In this document: in pieces, positions 21,567 through 28,428 of the stretch
Layout: each line of letters starts with the position of its first letter
Position numbering within the stretch: position 1 is the first letter of the stretch
Origin: Micrococcus luteus NCTC 2665
GTDB lineage: Bacteria; Actinomycetota; Actinomycetes; Actinomycetales; Micrococcaceae
Assembly: GCF_000023205.1 (NCBI RefSeq)
Contig: NC_012803.1
Coordinates: forward strand, 1,320,001-1,352,000
Length of the DNA: 32,000 nt
Direction of reading: 5' to 3'
Program-made: the position numbers and the translations under genes
The notes under the pieces: model-generated
The model's database searches: none
Told to the model about the DNA's origin: nothing
The model's input: the letters and a program-made list of their open reading frames with translations, nothing else

Positions 21567-22229
21567 ATGGCCTTCGACCTGCATCGCGCCCTGTCCCTCG
21601 GCCGCCGGACGGCACGCCTGATCGGCGCCCTCCGCGACGACGCCCGGCCGCGTCGAGCCGCCTCCGAGGCCGGTCGACGGGCCGGCGACCGGAGCGGCCC
21701 GTCGCCCTTTCCGGGCCCGCCCGGGCCTCCCGGGCCCGCGTGGGACCCCACGGAGCCCACCGACTCGTGGCCGATGCCCGGGCCCGGGCAGGAGCGCCGG
21801 CCCCGGCGACAGGACGCCGGCCGCCACGCGTCCCTGCCGGACTTCACCGGGACCGTCCGCGTCGAGTACGCGCCCGTGCCCGGGCCGACGGCCGGGCCGG
21901 GCGAGGTCGTGTGGACCTGGGTGCCGTACGAGGAGATGGACGGCCGGGGCAAGGACCGCCCCGTGCTCCTGATCGGCCGGGACGGGGCGCACCTGCTCGG
22001 GCTCATGCTGACCAGCCGGGACCGGAACAACGCCCTGGCCCGGGACGAGGACTACGTGGACGTGGGCGCGGGCGCCTGGGACCGGTCCGGCCGCGCCTCG
22101 GAGGCGAAGCTGGACCGGGTGGTCCGCGTGGATCCGGCCGCGGTGCGCCGGGAGGGCGGCGTCCTGGACCGGGCGGCCTTCGACCGGGTCACGGCCGCGC
22201 TGGCCCGCGCCCGGCGGCGGGGGCGCTGA
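21567..22229 (+). CDS. solitary PemK/MazF-fold protein with a Pro/Arg-rich N-terminal extension
   Basis: 220 aa. Residues from about 105 onward read GEVVWTWVPYEEMDGRGKDRPVLLIGRDG...LLGLMLTSRDR...ASEAKLDRVVRVDPAAVRREGGVL. This matches the MazF/PemK/Kid N-terminal strand pattern (GxIxWVxF....G.E..K.RPxLVxS) and its C-terminal strands. The first ~100 aa are low-complexity (PFPGPPGPPGPAWDP). Confidence 0.7.
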   Translation: MAFDLHRALSLGRRTARLIGALRDDARPRRAASEAGRRAGDRSGPSPFPGPPGPPGPAWDPTEPTDSWPMPGPGQERRPRRQDAGRHASLPDFTGTVRVEYAPVPGPTAGPGEVVWTWVPYEEMDGRGKDRPVLLIGRDGAHLLGLMLTSRDRNNALARDEDYVDVGAGAWDRSGRASEAKLDRVVRVDPAAVRREGGVLDRAAFDRVTAALARARRRGR

Positions 22230-22257
22230 GTCCGCCGCGCGGATCGCAGGGTCTGGG

Positions 22258-22266
22258 TGGTAGGAT
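22258..22266 (+). promoter_or_regulatory. extended -10 (TGgTAGGAT) candidate for rpsT
   Basis: TGGTAGGAT lies about 160 nt upstream of the rpsT TTG start. It predicts a 5' UTR of about 150 nt. Confidence 0.4.
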
Positions 22267-22424
22267 CGTCCGCATTGTGTCCGCCGGTCGACGGGCACCC
22301 CCGGAACGGGTCATCATCGGTGTTCCCCACGCCGCTCAGTCCACGGATCCGGGCACCCTCCACGACCCCCTGTTCATGCGGCGCCCGGACCCTCGTCCGC
22401 GCCGCCGACGACGAAGGACCCGAT

Positions 22425-22691
22425 TTGGCTAACATCAAGTCCCAGAAGAAGCGCATCCTCACCAACGAGAAGGCGCGCCAGCGCAACGTCGCGGTGAAGT
22501 CCGAGCTGAAGACCGCCATCCGCGCCGTGGACAAGGCCGTCGCCGCCGGCGAGGCCGAGGCCGCCGCCGCCGCGCTGCGCACCGCCTCCCGCAAGCTGGA
22601 CAAGGCCGCTTCGAAGGGCGTCATCCACAAGAACCAGGCCGCGAACCGCAAGTCCGGCATCGCCGCCCGCGTGAAGGCCCTCCTCGGCTGA
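22425..22691 (+). CDS. rpsT: 30S ribosomal protein S20
   Basis: 88 aa: (M)[32 protein letters not shown]...[25 protein letters not shown]. The start is TTG 22425, with a GAAGGA SD 6 nt upstream. The in-frame upstream part of track ORF 22257.. has many A/T-ending codons and is judged noncoding. Confidence 0.93.
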   Translation: MANIKSQKKRILTNEKARQRNVAVKSELKTAIRAVDKAVAAGEAEAAAAALRTASRKLDKAASKGVIHKNQAANRKSGIAARVKALLG

Positions 22692-22712
22692 TCCACGCCC
22701 CCCGGCTGTGAC

Positions 22713-22750
22713 CGCGGCCCCCGCCCCGAGCGATCGGTGCGGGGGCCGCG
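22713..22750. terminator. 12-bp-stem hairpin between convergent rpsT and holA
   Basis: CGCGGCCCCCGC-(14 nt)-GCGGGGGCCGCG. It begins about 22 nt after the rpsT stop and is followed by TCGTGT. Confidence 0.6.
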
Positions 22751-22793
22751 TCGTGTCCGGGCAGCCCCCGTCGCGTGCCGTCCGGCGGCGCCG

Positions 22794-23813
22794 TCAGCGG
22801 CTGACGGCGGTGGCCACGCGGATGACCGCGCGCTCGACGGCGAACTCCGGGTTGCGGGAGGCGCCCTTGGCCTCGGCGTCGGCCTGGGCGATCCACTCCA
22901 CGGCCTGCGCGATGCCGGCCGCCGTCCAGTGCCGCGCCGCCTGCTGGATGTAGCGCACCTGGAACGGGGCCACTCCGAGCAGGGACGGCAGCTCGGCGGC
23001 GGGCCGGCGGGCGTCGATCATCCGCGCCACCTGCCGCGCCTTGAGCGCGAGCGCCGCGGTGATCATCACCGGGTGGACGCCGGTGGCCATCGCGTGCCGC
23101 ACGAGGGACACGGCCCTCGCCGCCTGCCCCCCGAGCGCCGCGTCGGCCACCGCGAAGCTCGTGGCCTCCACGCGGCCGCTGTAGTAGGTGTCCACGGTCT
23201 CGACGGTGACGACGCCCTCGGTGTCGTCGACGAGCTGGGCGCACGCGGCCGCGAGCTCCGTGAGCGAGGCGCCGGTGGCGCGGATGAGTGCGCGGGCCGC
23301 ATCCTCGTCGATGCGCCGGCGCCGGTCGCGGAACTCGGCCTGCACGAAGGCCAGCCGCTCCTCGTCCTTCTTCAGCGGCACGCATTCGACCACCGTGCCG
23401 GCCTTCGCGACGGCCTCCAGCAGCTTCTTGCCGCGGGTGCCGCCGGTGTGGCGCAGCACGAGCGTGACGTCCTCCGCGCCCGGGCCCTGCTGGACGAGGC
23501 GCAGGGCGTCCGCGAGGAACGCGTCGTTCATGGCCTCGAGGCCCTCGACCGTGATGAGGGTGGGCTCGGCGAAGAGGGACGGGCTGGCCGCGGTGGCCAG
23601 CTGGCCGGGCTGGTACTCCCCCGCGCGGAGCCGGTGGATCTCCAGCTGACCGTGGCGCTCGCGCAGAGCCTGGGTCACGCGGTCCGTCACCCAGCGGGCG
23701 GCATGGTCCTCGGGCCCCTTGAGGAGCATGAGCGGGGCGGGCTCGGCTCTCCGCCAGGCCAGCGGGTCGGTGCGACCGGCTCGGCCGGAACGGGGGCTGC
23801 GGGCGGCGGACAT
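22794..23813 (-). CDS. holA: DNA polymerase III subunit delta
   Basis: This is the C-terminal part of track ORF 22794..24779. HolA-like sequence runs LMLLKGPEDHAARWVTDRV...SPSLFAEPTLITVEG...LTELAAACAQL. I prefer ATG 23811-23813 (MSAARSP...) because a TAGGAT hexamer sits 7 nt upstream. The ATG at 23822 lies inside that hexamer. Confidence 0.88.
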   Translation of the reverse strand: MSAARSPRSGRAGRTDPLAWRRAEPAPLMLLKGPEDHAARWVTDRVTQALRERHGQLEIHRLRAGEYQPGQLATAASPSLFAEPTLITVEGLEAMNDAFLADALRLVQQGPGAEDVTLVLRHTGGTRGKKLLEAVAKAGTVVECVPLKKDEERLAFVQAEFRDRRRRIDEDAARALIRATGASLTELAAACAQLVDDTEGVVTVETVDTYYSGRVEATSFAVADAALGGQAARAVSLVRHAMATGVHPVMITAALALKARQVARMIDARRPAAELPSLLGVAPFQVRYIQQAARHWTAAGIAQAVEWIAQADAEAKGASRNPEFAVERAVIRVATAVSR

Positions 23814-23820
23814 GCGTCCC

Positions 23821-23826
23821 ATCCTA
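23821..23826 (-). promoter_or_regulatory. -10 hexamer TAGGAT (overlapping the comEC stop codon) placed for a leaderless holA mRNA
   Basis: The minus strand reads CTAGGAT, then GGGACGC (7 nt), then ATG at 23813. The TAG of the hexamer is the comEC stop. Confidence 0.45.
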
Positions 23827-26427
23827 GGGTCCGGTGCGGACGCTCGAGGGCGGGCGGACGGTGTGAGCCGCGAGCTCGGGTGCGCCCTCGGGGTCGGGGC
23901 CGTCCGCGGCCGTGAGGGCCAGCGTGCCGTGCAGGTCCGTGCGGGCCACCGGCCCGAGGCGGCCGAGCGCGTCCACCGTGGCCCGGTGGGGGTGGCCGTA
24001 CGGGTTGTCGGCGCCCACGGAGACCACGTGCAGGCGGGCCCCGGCTGCGCGCGGCACGGCCGTCCCACCGTTGCGGGCCCCGTGGTGGGCGACCTTGAGC
24101 ACGTCCACGCGCGGCGGTGCGGCGGCATCGGACCGGCGGCCCGCGACCCACGCCGCGGAGGCGTCCTCCTCCATGTCGCCGGTGACCAGCGTCGTGACCG
24201 GGCCGGCCCCGCTCTCGACGGTGACCAGCACCTGGGCGGAGGCGTCGTTCTCCTCGGGGGCCCGCGCGTCGGCGAGCAGCACGTGCCACCGCACCGGCCC
24301 GGCCGTGCCCGTCGCGCCGGTGCGGAGCCGTGCCGCGTCGGCGGGCGGGTCGACGCCCTCCGCCTCCCCGCCGCGCCCTCCCCTGCCCTGCCCCGGTGCG
24401 TCCCGGGTCGCGTAGTGCACCGCCCCGGGGGAGGCGCGGTCGACCACGCCGGCCAGTCCCCCGGCGTGGTCGGCGTGCAGGTGGGTGAGCAGCACGGCGT
24501 CCACCCGGTCGACGTCGAGGTCGTCGAGGCAGCGACGAGCGAGCCCCGGCTCGGGCCCGACGTCGACGACGACCCCCGCGCGCGGGCCGGACCGGAACAC
24601 GGCCATGTCTCCCTGGCCGACGTCGCAGAACGCCACCGCCCAGTCCGGCGGGGCCGCGCCCGAGGCCCGCGGCACGAGGACCGCCCCGACCGCACCCGTG
24701 GTGGCCGCGGCCAGGGCGGCGGCGAGCACGACCAGGGCGGGGAGGCGCTCGCGGGTCCGCGGCGCGCTGCGGCCGACACGCCGGACCGGGGCGGTCCGGC
24801 GTCGTTCGAGCAGGAGCACGGCGGCGAATCCGAGGAGCGTCGCGGCCACCAGCAGGACGCCCAGCCCGGCGCCGAGGGCCCCGGCCGGCCACGGGCGCAG
24901 CGCCCCGGGCAGGGAGGCGCTGGTGTGGGCGACCCACCCGATCCAGGCCGCGGGCCACTGGATCACGGCCACGAGGGCGGCGGCGATCCCCGGCGCGGGC
25001 AGGGCGAGGGCGGCGGCGAGGGTGCCCAGGACGGTCACGGGCGGCACGGCCGGGGCGGCCAGCAGATTGGCCGGCACCGCGTAGGCCGACACCTCACCGG
25101 TCATGGCCAGGATGATCGGCTGGCAGGCCAGGTGGGCGGCCACGGTCACCGCGAGCGACGCCGAGAGCCACCGGGCCACGACGTCGGGCATCACCCGGCC
25201 GAGCCCGGCGTGCAGCGCACGGTCGAGGGGCGCGCCGCCCAGGACGATGCCCGCGGTCGCCGCCAGGGAGAGGTGGAAGGCCGGTTCCACGGCGAGGGCC
25301 GGCACCGCGACGAGCAGGGCCGTGCCGCCCACCGTCAGGAGTCCGAACGCCTGCCGCGCGCGGCCGAAGAACACCGCGAGGGCTCCGAGGGCGCCCATCA
25401 CGGCCGCCCGGAGCACGGACGGCTCCGGCCCCACGACGACCACGAACACCCCGAGGACCGCCAGCCCGGCGCTGAGGACCACCGCCCGGTGCACCCGCGC
25501 GCAGCGCAGGGTGATCGCGACCGCGCCGAGGATCATGGCCACGTTGGCCCCGGACACGGCAGACAGGTGCGACAGGCCCGAGGCCTTCATGGCGTCGTCG
25601 AGGGCGGCCCCCTGGGCGGAGCGGTCGCCCAGCACCAGCCCCGGGATGAGTTCCGGCGCCGCGCCGACCATGTCCTCTGCGGAGTGACGGAACGCGGCGC
25701 GCAGCGCCTCCCGCCGCGGCGGGCCCGGGTCGCCGTCGGTGGCCCCGCCTCCCGCATCCGCCCCGCCGGGGCAGGGTCCCGGCTGCGGGACGGCCGCGGC
25801 GGCCAGGAACACCGTGGAACCGGACCTCGACGGCCGGGCCACGACGCACACCCGCGATCCCGGCCCGCCGCCGGGGGCCGCCGTCCCGTCCGACGGCGCG
25901 GCGATCGTCTCGGGCGGTGGGCCCGCGCCCGTGAGCCGAGCGGTCACGGGCGCCTCGGTGGCCCGCGGCGGGTTTCCGAACGTCTCGACCCGCACGGGCA
26001 CGCTCCAGCGCGGGCCGAAGGCCGCCTCGCTCCGGGTGGCGGGCCCGTCCAGGGTCAGCTCGAGCCGCAGCGGTGAGCCGGCGTGCACCGCGCCGGTCCA
26101 GCCGCTGCCCTCGGCCGCGGCGGCGGGCCCGGCGGAGTGCTGCAGCATCAGGGCCGCGGCCACACCGGCCAGCGCCGTCGCGGTGGCCACGCCCCGTATC
26201 CGGCCGTTCGACCGGGCGGCGCCCAGGACGGCGGCCGCGGCGACGGCCAGCCCCGTGAGGGCCGCCGCCGAGCGGGCCGGGGCGTCCCAGCCGACGCCGA
26301 GGATCCCGAGGGTCAGGCAGGCGAGCAGGGCGGGCACCCACCGGGCGTCGAGCGGGCCGGGCACCTCGCGGCGGCGGGCGCGGCGGTCCACGGGATCGCT
26401 GGGCGGGCCCGGGGCCGGGTTCACCAC
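23824..26427 (-). CDS. comEC: DNA internalisation competence protein ComEC/Rec2 (competence domain plus metallo-beta-lactamase domain)
   Basis: This is the C-terminal ~867 aa of the 1513-aa track ORF. It has polytopic TM segments, the competence-domain motif GLSHLSAVSGANVAMILG and the MBL motif LLTHLHADHAGG. Start candidates are the GTG GTG at 26427 and 26424, which overlap the comEA stop (GTGGTGA). Confidence 0.88.
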   Translation of the reverse strand: MVNPAPGPPSDPVDRRARRREVPGPLDARWVPALLACLTLGILGVGWDAPARSAAALTGLAVAAAAVLGAARSNGRIRGVATATALAGVAAALMLQHSAGPAAAAEGSGWTGAVHAGSPLRLELTLDGPATRSEAAFGPRWSVPVRVETFGNPPRATEAPVTARLTGAGPPPETIAAPSDGTAAPGGGPGSRVCVVARPSRSGSTVFLAAAAVPQPGPCPGGADAGGGATDGDPGPPRREALRAAFRHSAEDMVGAAPELIPGLVLGDRSAQGAALDDAMKASGLSHLSAVSGANVAMILGAVAITLRCARVHRAVVLSAGLAVLGVFVVVVGPEPSVLRAAVMGALGALAVFFGRARQAFGLLTVGGTALLVAVPALAVEPAFHLSLAATAGIVLGGAPLDRALHAGLGRVMPDVVARWLSASLAVTVAAHLACQPIILAMTGEVSAYAVPANLLAAPAVPPVTVLGTLAAALALPAPGIAAALVAVIQWPAAWIGWVAHTSASLPGALRPWPAGALGAGLGVLLVAATLLGFAAVLLLERRRTAPVRRVGRSAPRTRERLPALVVLAAALAAATTGAVGAVLVPRASGAAPPDWAVAFCDVGQGDMAVFRSGPRAGVVVDVGPEPGLARRCLDDLDVDRVDAVLLTHLHADHAGGLAGVVDRASPGAVHYATRDAPGQGRGGRGGEAEGVDPPADAARLRTGATGTAGPVRWHVLLADARAPEENDASAQVLVTVESGAGPVTTLVTGDMEEDASAAWVAGRRSDAAAPPRVDVLKVAHHGARNGGTAVPRAAGARLHVVSVGADNPYGHPHRATVDALGRLGPVARTDLHGTLALTAADGPDPEGAPELAAHTVRPPSSVRTGP

Positions 26428-27314
26428 GAGACGAGGTCGCGCAGCCGGTCGAGCGTGGCCGGGCCGATGCCGGAGACCGCGTCCAGGTCCTGCAGGCCGC
26501 TGAACGGGCCGACCGTCTCGCGGTGGGCGATGATCTTCTCCGCCGTGGCGGGGCCGACGCCGGGCAGGGTCTGCAGGTCCGCGGCGTCGGCGGTGTTCAG
26601 GTCCACGGTGCCGCCGGGCCCGGCACCGCCCGGCTCGTCTCCGGCACCGGCCCTGCCCGTGGTCGGCGTGGGCTGCTCCTGCGCGGCCCCGGCCACCCGG
26701 TCCAGGGCGTCCTGCGGCGTGTGGGCGGAGGGGACGAGGACCTGTTGGCCGTCGTCCAGCGGGGCCGCGAGGTTGATGCGCTCCGCCCGGGCGTCCCGGG
26801 TCGGGCCGCCGGCCGCGCGCACGGCGTCGGCCACCCGGGAGCCCGGCGCGAGGCTGACCACACCCGGCCGGGCGACCTCGCCCACCACGTGCACCCGCAG
26901 GGGGACGGACCCGGCGGGCCCGGACGCCTCCCCCGACGGCCCCGCCTCGGGCGTCGGCGCGTCGGTGCCCGCCGCCGTCGAGGCGGCGGAGGTCGCACCG
27001 GTCTGCGAGACGCCTGCACCGGCCGCGGGCGCCGGGATCGCCGCGGGCGGCGCCGGGGTGGTCAGCCAGGCCACCGCCCACCAGGCCGCGGCGGCGACGA
27101 GCAGCACGGTGACGGCCAGCAGGGCCGGCCGCCACCGCAGCACCGGGCCCCGGGGCGGGGTGCGCTCCCACTGGGACGCGGCGTGCGGGCCGGCTGTGTC
27201 GACGTCGGGGACGGCCGCGGCCGCGGGGCCCGGGGCGAACGCGGGCGGATCGTCGCAGAGGCGGTGGCTGGGGCTCATGCCGGCAGTCTGCGTCCGCGCG
27301 GCCGGCCAGGGCAC
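26421..27314 (-). CDS. comEA: ComEA-family DNA-binding competence protein (TM, SLBB, tandem helix-hairpin-helix)
   Basis: The TM helix reads LLAVTVLLVAAAAWWAVAWL. The SLBB-like segment reads VHVVGEVARPGVVSLAPGSRVADAV. The C-terminus reads VDLNTADAADLQTLPGVGPATAEKIIAHR...SGIGPATLDRL. ATG 27278 is an alternative start. Confidence 0.88.
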   Translation of the reverse strand: MPWPAARTQTAGMSPSHRLCDDPPAFAPGPAAAAVPDVDTAGPHAASQWERTPPRGPVLRWRPALLAVTVLLVAAAAWWAVAWLTTPAPPAAIPAPAAGAGVSQTGATSAASTAAGTDAPTPEAGPSGEASGPAGSVPLRVHVVGEVARPGVVSLAPGSRVADAVRAAGGPTRDARAERINLAAPLDDGQQVLVPSAHTPQDALDRVAGAAQEQPTPTTGRAGAGDEPGGAGPGGTVDLNTADAADLQTLPGVGPATAEKIIAHRETVGPFSGLQDLDAVSGIGPATLDRLRDLVSW

Positions 27315-27407
27315 GCTGCGCCCCCGGCCTGGGGATGACCACCGCGGTCCAGGGCGGTGTGCAGGAACGGACGCGTCCGTCTCCTCGGCGCTCCGGCACC
27401 GGCGGCC

Positions 27408-28382
27408 TCAGTCGCCCGAGCCCCCCGTGGGCGATTCCAGCGGGCAGATCACCACACCCAGGGCGCCCAGGCCCAGGTGTGCGGCGAGCACGGCGGGCAG
27501 CTCGACGACGGGCACGGGTGTGGTGGAGATCGGCTGCAGACGCTCCGCGAGCTGCCCGGCCGTCTCGGGGTCGCCGTACTCGTGCACGGCGATCCGCACC
27601 GGGTCCTCGCCGGCCCGCTCGGTCGCGAGCTCCACGAGGCGGTCGACGGCCCGGGCCGCGGACCGCGGGCGGTCGAGCAGGCCGATCGCGCCGTCGTCGA
27701 CGGCCAGGACGGGGCGCACCTGCAGCAGGGTGCCCAGCAGCGAGGCCAGCCCGCTGATCCGCCCGCCCCGGCGCAGCTGCTCGAGGCTGGGCACCGTGAA
27801 CAGCACCTGGCTGGAGTCCACGGTGGCCTCGAGGCGCTCGCGGATGCGCGCCACGGGCATGCCCACCCCCGCGTCCACGGCGGCGTCCACCACGGCCATG
27901 CCCAGCGCGAAGCCCACGGTCCGCGAGTCCACCACGGTCACCGGGCGCTCGGCGTCCGCGGCGGCCACGCGCGCGGCCTCCACGGTGCCGGAGAGCTCGC
28001 CGGACAGGTGCACGGAGAGGATGCGTGCATAGCCGGCGCGGGCCAGCTCGGCGTAGACCGTCCGGAACGCGCCCGGCGAGGGCCGCGAGGTGCGGACCGG
28101 GGTGCCGGCGGCCAGGGCCAGCGGCAGCTCCAGCGCGAGCTCGTCCGTCCCCTCCGTGTGGATCTGCTCGCCCACCATGACGGGCAGCGCCACCTGGCGG
28201 ATCCCGGCGGCCAGACCGTGTCCGAGGACGGCGCCGGGCAGGGCGGCGGCCGAGTCCGTGACGACGGCCGTGCGGTCCCGGCGGGGCGGGCGCAGCCCGT
28301 AGCGCGCCCGCCCGGCCAGCTGCGAGCGGCGGGAGCGCAGGCGGACGAGCGCGTCGTCGCGCCACTGCTCGATGCTCGCCAC
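27408..28382 (-). CDS. DegV-family fatty-acid-binding protein
   Basis: DegV pattern: AVVTDSAAALP...TSRPSPGAF...ILSVHLSGELSGT. I prefer GTG 28380-28382 because a GAGAGGAGG SD lies 6 nt upstream. The track start at 28424 would place that SD inside the gene. Confidence 0.85.
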   Translation of the reverse strand: MASIEQWRDDALVRLRSRRSQLAGRARYGLRPPRRDRTAVVTDSAAALPGAVLGHGLAAGIRQVALPVMVGEQIHTEGTDELALELPLALAAGTPVRTSRPSPGAFRTVYAELARAGYARILSVHLSGELSGTVEAARVAAADAERPVTVVDSRTVGFALGMAVVDAAVDAGVGMPVARIRERLEATVDSSQVLFTVPSLEQLRRGGRISGLASLLGTLLQVRPVLAVDDGAIGLLDRPRSAARAVDRLVELATERAGEDPVRIAVHEYGDPETAGQLAERLQPISTTPVPVVELPAVLAAHLGLGALGVVICPLESPTGGSGD

Positions 28383-28428
28383 GGCCTGCCTCCTCTCCCC
28401 CGGCTCGGTCGGGACCGGTCTCACGCGG

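Noticed and set aside
21507-21620. A 37-codon plus-strand ORF (MSRRRPDPDAG...) after a TAGTCT hexamer in the lepA / MazF-fold gene gap
   Set aside because: Only 3 nt separate the hexamer from the ATG. The ORF overlaps the better-supported 21567 start out of frame. It has no distinctive codon content.
22257-22424. An in-frame N-terminal extension of the rpsT ORF, which would give a 144-aa S20
   Set aside because: S20 proteins are about 86-90 aa. The extension has many A/T-ending codons, unlike real genes here. A GAAGGA SD precedes the TTG at 22425, which yields the canonical [10 protein letters not shown]-terminus.
23719-28032. Plus-strand ORFs of 785 aa (23719..26076) and 649 aa (26083..28032) opposite comEC, comEA and degV
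   Set aside because: Both are antisense shadows with R/G/P/A-dominated composition.
23824-28365. A 1513-aa ORF, the longest in the track
   Set aside because: Only the C-terminal ~867 aa look like a real protein (ComEC). The N-terminal ~650 aa are Arg/Gly/Pro/Ala-rich. They run out of frame across comEA and degV, which have clear family signatures in their own frames. This is a stop-codon-poor artefact of high G+C.
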